A stretch of DNA of 64,000 bases from Bacilli bacterium (GTDB lineage Bacteria; Bacillota_I; Bacilli_A; RF39; UBA660), in NCBI GenBank assembly GCA_017544165.1, contig JAFYER010000002.1, positions 5,228 to 69,227 of the forward strand. The letters are read 5' to 3'. The notes under the pieces are model-generated. The model ran no database searches. It had not been told where the DNA came from and saw only the letters and a list, made by a program, of their open reading frames with translations. Position numbers and translations under genes: made by a program. This document shows, one piece after another, positions 46,858 to 56,421 of the stretch; position 1 is the stretch's first letter; each line of letters opens with the position of its first letter.

Positions 46858-47826
46858 TTATTTACTTTTTTCAATGCTAATTTTAAAATTAAGAATAGAA
46901 TTTTCTGTCATTCTTATTCGAGCACTATTTTCACTAATTGTCGAATAAATTCTTTTGCCATTATCGCCTTTAATTGCGTAATTCATAATCTTTGTATTAA
47001 GTTTTTCATATATTGATTGAAGATTATTAACAAAGTCTTCATAATCTATAAAAGTGTTTTTATAATCACTATCTAACATATTATATGCTTTTTCACTATT
47101 TAGATATAACATTGTTTTAAAATAGTTTATATAATATGAACAAATGATTTCATCACTAATACTATCAATAAAATATGAGTTATAAGCATTTGCTGTAATC
47201 TCTTTCTTGCTAGAAATAGTATAATTTCTAGCATAATCTGCCAAAGTTTTAGTTGCAATAGGCATAATGCCAAATGTATCATTTACCTTGTCGACAGTAA
47301 CAAGATATGTAACATGCTCCTTTTCTGTTAGTTTTTGCTCAGTAAAACTATACAATTGCTCTTCACCATCGACAAAATAATACGCTAATTTTTTATTACT
47401 TTTCATATACATTGATTTGCTATAAAAAGTAATATTTTGATAACCAGTAGTGATAAAATTTGTAATATTACTACCAGTAATATTATTGCTTTTTATATAA
47501 TAATCGTCAAGCATTCCTAATACTTGTTTATAATTACCATTTGTTATTTCCATATAGTATTTATTGATTAATGAATTTATATTAAAATAAATTTGATAAT
47601 CATTTACAACGCCAAAACTAATTTGATCACTAGATTCATCATTAGTATTATTTATAGTATTATTAGTCGTATTATTATTTTGAGGGCGATTAATTAAATT
47701 ACTAATTGAAAAAGGCATATTTAATGTTGTATTATCGCTCATAATAACAAAATAGTAAAATAATAAACAAATAATTATTAATAATATTAGCGCTATTGTA
47801 ACTCCAAATTTTTTATTTGATTCCAT
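46858..47826 (-). CDS. Membrane-anchored T4SS-associated protein (in the position of VirB8/TcpC-like components)
   Basis: 322 aa. Single N-terminal TM followed by an extracytoplasmic domain. The assignment rests on size, topology and position only. Confidence 0.4.
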   Translation of the reverse strand: MESNKKFGVTIALILLIIICLLFYYFVIMSDNTTLNMPFSISNLINRPQNNNTTNNTINNTNDESSDQISFGVVNDYQIYFNINSLINKYYMEITNGNYKQVLGMLDDYYIKSNNITGSNITNFITTGYQNITFYSKSMYMKSNKKLAYYFVDGEEQLYSFTEQKLTEKEHVTYLVTVDKVNDTFGIMPIATKTLADYARNYTISSKKEITANAYNSYFIDSISDEIICSYYINYFKTMLYLNSEKAYNMLDSDYKNTFIDYEDFVNNLQSIYEKLNTKIMNYAIKGDNGKRIYSTISENSARIRMTENSILNFKISIEKSK

Positions 47827-47835
47827 ATTCCCTCC

Positions 47836-50460
47836 TTAATTACATCCATTTTCAACATAACTAAGCATTTGATAAGCGTAGTTAGTAGCTCTTTTAGGAC
47901 AATTAACATATCTTTCATATGGTACTTCAAAATTAATGCAATACTCAGATGCCATGTCATATGCAGATTTATTAGATAGTAACATATTATAAACAGATGT
48001 GTATGAAGTTTGCAACTCGTGGATTAAGTAATCTAATTGACATTTAATTGTAGAGTATTCATCACGACAATAAGATTTCAAAGAATCAAACCTTCCTTCA
48101 TGCCATTGACATAACCCATAACTTGTTCCGTGGTCACCATATACTGTTGGATTAAAACTGCTTTCTGCTTGAATATTAGTCATAATGGCCGCCACAGCAT
48201 TATTACTAAAATTACTTCCTTTTAAAGTTAAACAAACACTTTGTTTAGAACTATTACCATCTTGATAACCAGTTATAATAATATCATTTTTTGGTCTTGG
48301 ATTGTCTGCATTAATATACTCGAGAGGGTCAACATTGGCATTATTTATATATAGCTCAAAGTGAAGGCGACTATCAGTTGTGCTACCACTTGCACCCATA
48401 AGTCCAATAATCTGTCCTTGACTTACAAAATCATCTTGTTTAACGGTGATTGAATCTTTCTTTAAATGCGAATATGTAGAATAAATCCCATCTCCGTGAT
48501 AAATCATTACAAAATTACCACGACTATAATCACTTGTAACACCTGTTTCACTACTATCGCTAATACCATCCTCGACATAATGCACTTTTCCCTCACGAGT
48601 TGCTACTATAACATGGTTTTCCCAAGTTTCGTTATCAACACAATCCTCATCATCAATACAATTTTCATCAATGATATCAATACCATTGCTCATTTTCGTT
48701 TCTTCACCATCTTTATATTGTCCATAATTCATGACAACTTTAGTCGTAGACGGTGTGCCCCCGTATATTTCTCCTTCAGTTGGTTCTTTACTTCCAACCG
48801 GCCACCAATAAGCAGTAGCAGCAGCAAACGCATAGGCATTAACATAATTCTTAAAATCATATATTTTAAAACCATTATAATCAGAAATATTCTTTATTGT
48901 TTTATCATATTTTGCATTTGATTCAATTATTTTTTCCCTAATAGTACTGTTATATGGGGGTGCATCAAAATAGTATTCCGTAATTATGGTATCAATACTT
49001 GAAGGTACTAGCAACAAATATTTTACATCATAATATGCATTAATTAGTAAACTTTTTTCTGATTCGCTAGCGGGTTCAATTGTTTTAAACAAATCGCCAT
49101 CTAATGTAAGAGTAGAATTAGCGGAAAGAAATGTATAGACTCGATCATGTTTAATTACATTACAACCAAAATATATATTACAGCTTGGTATCGCACCACT
49201 ACTAGTTCCATTTTTTATTGTTATTTCTTTAGTTGAGGCGTTGTATTCTCCATAAGACAACAAAATAGATTTAATAGCAAGAAAATATGCTTTATATATC
49301 TCCATTTTTTGTTCCGAAGTTTTGTCGTCAAGTTTATCATAAAATTCAGCATAAGCCGCCCCTAAAACATAGTCGTTAAAAGATACTCTTTCTAATTCAA
49401 TTTTATCTGATTCATTTTGATAATTGTTAGTAACTGAAACCATAGTTAACGTAAAATCATAAGCTGGGTCAAGCATAAATTCATCCTCTTCGTCCATATC
49501 GCCCATAAAAATCAAAAGAATAATTAATAATACTAATAGCACTGCTGCCGCTATAGCAACAACCCACCACCACTGAGCTAAAAATAACATCAATTTTTTC
49601 TTTAATCTATTTTTTATTTCATCTTTTGCAGCACTAACTGGATGAGCAACTTTATTTGCGGTTTGTTGTGCTTTATTAATTTTAGATTTAGCATTATCTA
49701 TTTTTTCGCCAGCCTTGTCTAACTTAGACCCAAAAGAGGATTTTTTTTGATTTTCATTTTGGTTACTACTGTTTCTATCATCACCACTTTGTTTATTATC
49801 TTTTTTTTGATTGCTATCTTGATTATCACCAGTTTGCCTTGAAGAATTTTCACTATTAGATGTTCTTTGATTATTTTCAAAGGTATTATCTCCCCAGTCA
49901 CTTTCCTGATTACCCTTTTCTTCAACTCCACTTTGAGAACCACCTTGGCCACTAGATTTTTTTGAAGGATCTCCATTACTAGAGGCACTTTGACTATCAT
50001 TAGCCCTTTCTTCCTCATCATCGTCTATTTTTTTAGTTCTTTCAGCCCTTTGCAATTGTCGTTGTTTAATAGCATCTGCTTCACGTTGTAATTGTTCTTG
50101 TCTCGATTTGTATTGACCATATCTAGTATTTGGGCCATATGCCTCTGGGAAATATTCTTCTTCACCATAATCTCCAATTGCACCTTGAGAGCCATTACCA
50201 TACTGCTGTTCAAAGCCATCACTAGCTTCGATAATAGATTGCGGTTCACTATTATTAGCAGTTGTTTCAGATTCTAATTCATTACTACTTGTTGTTGCAT
50301 CATTTTGTGAAATGCTACTTGATGTAGTTGCGTCAGATTGTGAAGCATTGCTCGGTGGAGTTGCACTAGATTGTGGAGCACTATTTTGGATAGTAGCACT
50401 GGATTGAATTGTACTACTATTATTTGCAGGCTTATCTTCTTTATTTAAATTATTATTCAT
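47836..50460 (-). CDS. T4SS cell-wall hydrolase: M23 peptidase + lysozyme-like domain (VirB1/PrgK/TcpG analog)
   Basis: 874 aa. Ser/Asn/Gln-rich N-terminal ~290 aa, then a TM (AQWWWVVAIAAAVLLVLLIILLIF). M23 motif (YSHL...GSTTDSRLHFELY). C-terminal AESSFNP...GTSYGLCQWHEGRF lysozyme-like domain. Confidence 0.8.
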   Translation of the reverse strand: MNNNLNKEDKPANNSSTIQSSATIQNSAPQSSATPPSNASQSDATTSSSISQNDATTSSNELESETTANNSEPQSIIEASDGFEQQYGNGSQGAIGDYGEEEYFPEAYGPNTRYGQYKSRQEQLQREADAIKQRQLQRAERTKKIDDDEEERANDSQSASSNGDPSKKSSGQGGSQSGVEEKGNQESDWGDNTFENNQRTSNSENSSRQTGDNQDSNQKKDNKQSGDDRNSSNQNENQKKSSFGSKLDKAGEKIDNAKSKINKAQQTANKVAHPVSAAKDEIKNRLKKKLMLFLAQWWWVVAIAAAVLLVLLIILLIFMGDMDEEDEFMLDPAYDFTLTMVSVTNNYQNESDKIELERVSFNDYVLGAAYAEFYDKLDDKTSEQKMEIYKAYFLAIKSILLSYGEYNASTKEITIKNGTSSGAIPSCNIYFGCNVIKHDRVYTFLSANSTLTLDGDLFKTIEPASESEKSLLINAYYDVKYLLLVPSSIDTIITEYYFDAPPYNSTIREKIIESNAKYDKTIKNISDYNGFKIYDFKNYVNAYAFAAATAYWWPVGSKEPTEGEIYGGTPSTTKVVMNYGQYKDGEETKMSNGIDIIDENCIDDEDCVDNETWENHVIVATREGKVHYVEDGISDSSETGVTSDYSRGNFVMIYHGDGIYSTYSHLKKDSITVKQDDFVSQGQIIGLMGASGSTTDSRLHFELYINNANVDPLEYINADNPRPKNDIIITGYQDGNSSKQSVCLTLKGSNFSNNAVAAIMTNIQAESSFNPTVYGDHGTSYGLCQWHEGRFDSLKSYCRDEYSTIKCQLDYLIHELQTSYTSVYNMLLSNKSAYDMASEYCINFEVPYERYVNCPKRATNYAYQMLSYVENGCN

Positions 50461-50501
50461 ACTGACACCACTTTTCTACTTCATTATAACACATGAGTAA
50501 A

Positions 50502-50532
50502 TAAAAAAGGAATTATCATTAGATAATTCCTT
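50502..50532 (-). terminator. Strong rho-independent terminator after VirB4
   Basis: 11-bp stem AAGGAATTATC/GATAATTCCTT followed by a T-run on the minus strand. Followed by extended -10 TGTTATAAT (50483-50491). Confidence 0.8.
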
Positions 50533-50537
50533 TTATT

Positions 50538-52325
50538 TTACAATCCCCCACCTGATCCAAATGAATCTAATTCTTCTTGAGTTACGATAACATGCATATT
50601 CATTCTTCGACTACCGCAAATAAATAATGCATCACCTTGATTATAATATTTAATCCCTTCTTTTTCTGTTTCGTTTAAATCAACTAGTTTTGATAAATCC
50701 TCAACAGCTTGTTTACGTAACCCCATAACAAGATAATATGAAGCGTTATCAAATATTGCTTTACCATGCATAATTAAATTTGGAGCAGCAAAATCAGTTG
50801 GTTGTTGGGTAATGATAGTTGTTCCTGTATTGTACTTTCTACTTCTTCTTTGAATTTGCGCCAAAAATTCAGCGCCTAATTCATTATGACTAGATAATAA
50901 TACGTGAGCTTCATCAACCATCATTAATGTGTTTACATTTTTATCCAAACATAAACCCCAAGCATATTTCAAAATATTAAAGAACAACGCATTTTTTATA
51001 TTTTCATCACTATTCATGAGTTCTCTAATATTAAATACAATGAAATCTGAATTAATTTTTAAAGTTGTATGACCAGTAAAATAATATCTCAATTCTTTAA
51101 CAAGTGGTCTAACTTTTAATTCAAGTCTTTCCATAACATCACGTTCATGAGTAGCATCAGTCATTGAAATAAGACGTCCTTTAATAGTAGCATATACATC
51201 ATCAAATGTTGGGTAATCACTACTTTTTAATGCTACAAAATTTGTATCATAATCAATTTTAAATCTTTTATATGTATCTTGTAAAACTTCGCTAAATAAT
51301 GTTAAAACATCTTCTTCAATCGAAGGATTATAATACTTCATAAACGCTTTAACTTGTTGTAATGTTCTTGTTAAAACGGTATAGCCTAGTCCTTGTTCAA
51401 TTTCCTCTTCGTCAGCATCTACTACGATTTCAAGTGGATTAATCATTCCAAATGTTCCACCTTTTCCTAAATCAAGGAAATCACCACGTAAAGCCCGAAC
51501 CATTTCCTCAAGTTCACCTTCTGGGTCAATACATACACACTTTAATCCATTACGCAAATGAGTACGTAATAGTAGTTTTGCCGCTGTACTTTTACCAGAA
51601 CCAGATGTACCAAGAATAATCATATTAGCATTATTACGATTGTTTTCTTTTTGCATTTGATACAAAAATTGATTAAATAAAACAACTCCACCAGAAGCAT
51701 CAACACCAAGAAGTGTACCATTACCTGGGTCTTTAATACTATCAAATACAAACGGATACATTCCTGATATTGTAACAGACGGAAGTGGAATTCCCACTCT
51801 TTCCTCAATATCTTGAGGTGGGAAAATCGGAATTATGCTCTTTAATGCTTTTTCTTGTTCAAACATCAAAGATATTCCACGCATTCCCATGGCATCTAAA
51901 TAGTTACGAACTTGCATTTTTAACATATCAAGTTCTTCTTTAGTATCACCACATATTAATAAATGCATTTGAAAGTCAAAGATGCGTGCTTGAGTAGAAG
52001 CAAGCATAGATATAAATTGCTCTAAAGATTCATAATCTTGACGGATTCTTTCTTGCGTTGTTTGATCTTTTTCAGATTGATATCTAGTTTTCAAATCTGC
52101 AATTTCTTTATTAAGCATTTTTTTAAGAACTTCAAAGGAAATTGGAATATGTTTAATTGCAAGTCTAACACCTGGAATATTAGATATACCTGCTAAATAA
52201 CCCGGTGATATAACTCTAGGGTAAGAAACAATAGTCATTATAGTACAATATTTACCACTAAGCATAAACTCAGTTGGTTTAAAATACATACCTTTTGGAG
52301 CAACTTCACTTTTAATCTTTGCCAT
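50538..52325 (-). CDS. VirB4/TraE-family T4SS ATPase (lacks the usual N-terminal domain)
   Basis: 595 aa. Walker A GTSGSGKS and Walker B LMMVDEAH. Family-typical ...ITQQPTDF... Confidence 0.85.
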   Translation of the reverse strand: MAKIKSEVAPKGMYFKPTEFMLSGKYCTIMTIVSYPRVISPGYLAGISNIPGVRLAIKHIPISFEVLKKMLNKEIADLKTRYQSEKDQTTQERIRQDYESLEQFISMLASTQARIFDFQMHLLICGDTKEELDMLKMQVRNYLDAMGMRGISLMFEQEKALKSIIPIFPPQDIEERVGIPLPSVTISGMYPFVFDSIKDPGNGTLLGVDASGGVVLFNQFLYQMQKENNRNNANMIILGTSGSGKSTAAKLLLRTHLRNGLKCVCIDPEGELEEMVRALRGDFLDLGKGGTFGMINPLEIVVDADEEEIEQGLGYTVLTRTLQQVKAFMKYYNPSIEEDVLTLFSEVLQDTYKRFKIDYDTNFVALKSSDYPTFDDVYATIKGRLISMTDATHERDVMERLELKVRPLVKELRYYFTGHTTLKINSDFIVFNIRELMNSDENIKNALFFNILKYAWGLCLDKNVNTLMMVDEAHVLLSSHNELGAEFLAQIQRRSRKYNTGTTIITQQPTDFAAPNLIMHGKAIFDNASYYLVMGLRKQAVEDLSKLVDLNETEKEGIKYYNQGDALFICGSRRMNMHVIVTQEELDSFGSGGGL

Positions 52326-52326
52326 C

Positions 52327-52884
52327 TTACATCACCGCCCTAAAGTTGGTCGTTTGACCATCATTTAAATAATTATCTAAAATCATTCTCAAATCATTGT
52401 TACTAGTTTGCGTTGATTGAATTCCTGCTCCAGCTAACCCACTAATTAAGTTATGAATTCTTTTTTGAACAATTTCCATTTTCTTTTCTCTAAATATAAT
52501 GTAATATTCCGTATCAACAACATTATACTGTTCACTCATAAATAAATTTGCTTTGTTAATATCTTGCATAATAAGTTTTCTAGCAGAAGCATTACTTACT
52601 TGATTATACATTACTTGTAAGCCCGATAGATATACACTTATATCTACAGGTCGATCCGCTATCAAAAGCCAAAATTCATAATCAATAGTGTTATAAAAAT
52701 TAGCCATTTGAAATAATACGTTATTTTGCGCACCTTCATCTAATATAAATATATTTTTTGGTACTACTTTAACACCAGTTACATAGTAACCATCATCGGT
52801 TTGAATCATGCCATTAGCAATGGCCTTAACTGGTAACCAATCCTCAGCATATTTAGAATCAAATGTATTATTCGTTTGCGTCAT
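52327..52884 (-). CDS. VirB4 N-terminal-domain-like protein (split gene)
   Basis: 185 aa. AEDWLPVKAIANGMIQTDDGYYVTGVKVVPKNIF resembles the N-termini of Gram-positive VirB4 proteins. Its TAA stop lies 1 nt before the ATG of the ATPase ORF (TAAGATG), which is in a different frame. Confidence 0.55.
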   Translation of the reverse strand: MTQTNNTFDSKYAEDWLPVKAIANGMIQTDDGYYVTGVKVVPKNIFILDEGAQNNVLFQMANFYNTIDYEFWLLIADRPVDISVYLSGLQVMYNQVSNASARKLIMQDINKANLFMSEQYNVVDTEYYIIFREKKMEIVQKRIHNLISGLAGAGIQSTQTSNNDLRMILDNYLNDGQTTNFRAVM

Positions 52885-53179
52885 CTCTCACACACCAACC
52901 CTTCCAATAATATTTTTTTCTTCCTACTGCATAATCAAAAATATTGAGCAGTAATTGCATGACATTATGGTAATTAGGAACCGGAAATAATAGAATTACC
53001 GATATAGATAATGGCATTATTGCTATTAGCAAAAGCCAAAAAGGTGGATTGTTAAATGCTACTAACATAACTAGCGTCAATAAACCACCTATTAAACCTA
53101 CTACCAAATCTCTTGGTGTAAAAAAGCCGACGATAAGTCTAGATTTTTTACTATTAGCAGGTATTAAATATTGATTCAT
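52868..53179 (-). CDS. PrgI/VirB3-like small membrane protein
   Basis: 103 aa. N-terminal ...SKKSRLIVGFFTPRDLVVGL followed by two TM helices. Sits immediately upstream of VirB4. Confidence 0.6.
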   Translation of the reverse strand: MNQYLIPANSKKSRLIVGFFTPRDLVVGLIGGLLTLVMLVAFNNPPFWLLLIAIMPLSISVILLFPVPNYHNVMQLLLNIFDYAVGRKKYYWKGWCVRDDANE

Positions 53180-53196
53180 TTATCTTTCCTCCCTTT

Positions 53197-56100
53197 TTAT
53201 TTACCGGATCCTGAAGATCCACCGCCATGCTTAGTTTCATTAGGATTATCTTTAACATAAGCACTTGCCGCAGCATTAGCGCGATAACTATCAGTACGTT
53301 TTTCAGCACTTTGCGTACTTTCATGTAATCTTTTAACTTCATCAATATCTTTATTCTTTTGTTCATAAGAAGTCTTTTGATTTTCAAGAGAAGCAACTCT
53401 AGTTGCAGTTTCATTTTGTAATGTTTGATACTTATCTTTAACTGCCTTCATTAAACCAGCAATACCATCTCTTGATATTATTTCAGACATTTCTGTAGTC
53501 GATATTAACATTTTGCCATCAAGATCCAAGAATGTTCCGGAATCAATTAAAGCTTGAATTTGCTCAAACTCACTAGCAATTTTAGCATCAAATATTTTGC
53601 CATCAGCACCTACTGTAGTAGCTCGATTCTTATACTCTGTTTTCATTTTCTTAAGTTCTTCAGTTAGTTGTCGTCTTAACTTATCCTTAACGTCACCTGA
53701 AATATCATCTCTTTTTAACATTTCAGAAACAGTTGCTTCAAGCGCTGAATAACCACCATCAATTTCAAAGACCGAAGAGTCAAATTGGCGATTAAGCTCA
53801 GCTCTTATTTCATCAGATAAGCCTGCAGTACCAAGTGCAGCAGTTAAGCTACTACGCATAGTACTTGCGTCTGTTCCTGAAACCGTAATTGTATGTTTAG
53901 CTTCTTCAAATTTTCTCATAACTTCATCTCTAATATCAGTTGAAATAGAATCATCGCTCATAATAGAGTTAACTTTAGCTTGCATGTTTTCAAGGCCACC
54001 ACCAACCATAATTGATTTCTTGGAAGCTGTAAATTTTTCTTTAATTTGTTGCTTTTCGGCTTCTGACAAATCTGTTCTAGCTAACTGAGCGTTAACAGCG
54101 GCTTCCACAGTTGCAAAATCCCCAGAAGGAATGTTAATTTTTTCGACTTTTTTACCGCCAGCAATTAAATCGGGCCTTTCAATTTCAATAGAAAAACCAG
54201 TTGAGTAATCTACTACAAAGTCATCGGCATATGAAACAGAAAATTCATTTCTAATAAGCCCGCTAATTCGTCCTGTAATATCAGCAGTTTTTTCTTCGCC
54301 CTTTCTCAATTCTGACTCAGCTTGATCATCAGCTTCCTTTTGAAGTTGAAATAATTTTGCATCTGCTGATAAATTAGCATTGATTCTTCGAATGGAATCA
54401 TTGTAAGCGTTAATTTGTTCATCATTGCTTTGATGTTCTAATTCTAAGCTATCTTTAAATTTGGTGTTAAACGCAACTTGTTGACCATCAAGTGCCTCCA
54501 TTTCAGCCCTATTTTCATCGGTTACTACGGCAACCTCTTTAATGCTTCGACCAGTGGAATCCTGAATATATAATTTAATTTCTCCGGTTACTTTGTCTTC
54601 AGCTATAGCATATTTAAGATTAAATCTACCATTAAATGCTTCGCCGATTTTTTTTGCATCTCTTTCTTCATCGTAAGCTATTCTAGTTCCAGCTATTTCA
54701 TGGCCCGTAGGGTCAACAACAATCAGCCATTCTTTTCCGTCAGAGTCAACCAACTTTTCGTATATACCCTCAACGGCTTTATTAATTTTATCTCTATCGC
54801 GAGCATCGTCATACTCTACTCTACTTCCCTTAACTTCATTACCAGACACATCCTCAATAACCAAATACTTGCGGCCATCTTCACCAGTTTTAACTTGGTA
54901 TCTATATGCATTTCCGTCATTAATTTCCTCCATATCATCAATTCTTCTGTCAGCAACGGTTTGTGTAGAAGGCATTCCTAATTTATTCCGCAAATAGTCA
55001 GCAAACAATTGACCTCTTGTCGCGCCTTGACTCAATTTTTGTTCAAATTCTCTCCGACGAAGAAGTTCAGCTTCATTACCTGATAAATTTCTATTTTGAT
55101 AATTGGTACGTGCAGCTCTAATAGCAGCTAAAGGATTCCCATGGCCGTGTTGAAATCCTCTTACAATTCCTGCTGCTCCAAAACCTAGACGTGCAGTTTT
55201 ATCAGCAAAATTTGTAATAGGAGACGTTCCCTCTTTTAATTTGTCTTTAATGCCAAGTTTAACATCACCTAAACCAAATATTTCATCAATTAGTTTAGAA
55301 GCTTGCTTCATAAAAGTTATAATGCCAAGCACTAAAAATGCAAATGCCAACAATTTAACCCCAGCAGACGTTTCCCCTTTTTCCCCAAGTGCACTCCAAA
55401 AAGCATCACGTCTACTAGTAAGAATACTTATCAAATAAACACCTAAATTCATTATGAAAACTCGTATAAAAACAGATATATATGTTTTTGTTACGGCTTT
55501 CCACCAATTAGTAAAAATACTTTCTTTTTTAGGAATTATTTGACAAGCAATACAAATAGGAGCAATTATTTGATAAAAAGCAAGTTTTATTACTCTTACA
55601 GCCAAATCAAAACAAAATGAAACGATAACATATAATAAATATCCACCTGCTATAAGGGACATAAGCCAAGCAAAATCAATTTGACTTTCAATAATATTCC
55701 CAGCAAACGCTTTAAAAACTCTATATTTACCACCGTAAGAATAGCCTGCTGTTGCTTCATAACTGCTATCCATTTTACACATTCCTGTTTCACTATCAAC
55801 ACTAATTTCTCCACTAGCTGGGACGCCCGCTTTTACAGCACATTTTGCTTCGGATAAAGAACACGTCCTATCCTTCCAGTATGGGATACAATTATCTTGA
55901 GACATTATCCCATCTCCTTTATCATCCGTGGATACAAAAAAAGCTTCGAAAACAGAACCGGCCATTAAATGACCTCCACTTCTAATGTTGACAGCACCAC
56001 TTGGCGAGCCAGTTTTATTGAAAAAATTAGCGATAGTATTTTGTTTTAATATGGCATTTTGAATTTTAAATGCATATGAAAATATCAATGGGCATAAAAC

Positions 56101-56406
56101 AATTAAAATAAAAGATATAAAAATCTTTTTAACCATTTTTTCTACTTCAGCGCCACTTTTGTTTTTATCAGGATCAACTATAAAAGTAAGGATGTTGTAA
56201 GCAATGACAAACATAACTAAAACGCCTAAAACAGTATACACTTTTTCTACTAAAAATTGATACTCTGATTGACTAAAAATATTAGTTTCCGCTAAAGTCA
56301 AAAAAATTTGATAGGCATAACCAACCAATTTATAAATACCACCAACCATACTAATAAGTAATTTTTGAATGGCTTTTTCAATACCTAAAACATCGGCTAT
56401 TATCAT
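53197..56406 (-). CDS. VirB6/TrbL-like polytopic membrane protein with long repeat-containing C-terminal extension
   Basis: 1069 aa. The first ~430 aa carry multiple TM helices. The remainder is hydrophilic, with two families of tandem repeats and a Gly/Ser tail. Confidence 0.65.
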   Translation of the reverse strand: MIIADVLGIEKAIQKLLISMVGGIYKLVGYAYQIFLTLAETNIFSQSEYQFLVEKVYTVLGVLVMFVIAYNILTFIVDPDKNKSGAEVEKMVKKIFISFILIVLCPLIFSYAFKIQNAILKQNTIANFFNKTGSPSGAVNIRSGGHLMAGSVFEAFFVSTDDKGDGIMSQDNCIPYWKDRTCSLSEAKCAVKAGVPASGEISVDSETGMCKMDSSYEATAGYSYGGKYRVFKAFAGNIIESQIDFAWLMSLIAGGYLLYVIVSFCFDLAVRVIKLAFYQIIAPICIACQIIPKKESIFTNWWKAVTKTYISVFIRVFIMNLGVYLISILTSRRDAFWSALGEKGETSAGVKLLAFAFLVLGIITFMKQASKLIDEIFGLGDVKLGIKDKLKEGTSPITNFADKTARLGFGAAGIVRGFQHGHGNPLAAIRAARTNYQNRNLSGNEAELLRRREFEQKLSQGATRGQLFADYLRNKLGMPSTQTVADRRIDDMEEINDGNAYRYQVKTGEDGRKYLVIEDVSGNEVKGSRVEYDDARDRDKINKAVEGIYEKLVDSDGKEWLIVVDPTGHEIAGTRIAYDEERDAKKIGEAFNGRFNLKYAIAEDKVTGEIKLYIQDSTGRSIKEVAVVTDENRAEMEALDGQQVAFNTKFKDSLELEHQSNDEQINAYNDSIRRINANLSADAKLFQLQKEADDQAESELRKGEEKTADITGRISGLIRNEFSVSYADDFVVDYSTGFSIEIERPDLIAGGKKVEKINIPSGDFATVEAAVNAQLARTDLSEAEKQQIKEKFTASKKSIMVGGGLENMQAKVNSIMSDDSISTDIRDEVMRKFEEAKHTITVSGTDASTMRSSLTAALGTAGLSDEIRAELNRQFDSSVFEIDGGYSALEATVSEMLKRDDISGDVKDKLRRQLTEELKKMKTEYKNRATTVGADGKIFDAKIASEFEQIQALIDSGTFLDLDGKMLISTTEMSEIISRDGIAGLMKAVKDKYQTLQNETATRVASLENQKTSYEQKNKDIDEVKRLHESTQSAEKRTDSYRANAAASAYVKDNPNETKHGGGSSGSGK
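53641..54132 (-). repeat. Four tandem ~41-aa coding repeats (family B) inside the VirB6-like gene
   Basis: Units start IPSGDFATVEAAVNAQL..., IMVGGGLENMQAKVNSI..., ITVSGTDASTMRSSLTA... and EIDGGYSALEATVSEML.... Each is followed by D(L/I)S..(I/V)(R/K)..(L/M).(R/K)(Q/K)F. Covers aa 759-922. Confidence 0.7.
54484..54906 (-). repeat. Three tandem ~47-aa coding repeats (family A) inside the VirB6-like gene
   Basis: YRYQVKTGEDGRKYLVIEDVSGNEVKGSRVEYDDARDRDKINKAVEG / IYEKLVDSDGKEWLIVVDPTGHEIAGTRIAYDEERDAKKIGEAFNG / RFNLKYAIAEDKVTGEIKLYIQDSTGRSIKEVAVVTDENRAEMEALDG (aa 501-641). Confidence 0.75.
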
Positions 56407-56421
56407 ATTAGTTCAACCTCC

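Noticed and set aside
48466-50277. Several ORFs (151 aa +, 100 aa -, 74 aa -, 61 aa +) inside the hydrolase gene
   Set aside because: They lie in alternative frames or are antisense to the 874-aa M23/lysozyme gene. Their composition is an artefact of the repetitive low-complexity region.
53154-53414. 86-aa minus-strand ORF overlapping the 3' end of the VirB6-like gene and the PrgI-like start
   Set aside because: It is out of frame with two better-supported genes. Its Lys/Leu-rich composition is typical of frame-shifted translation.
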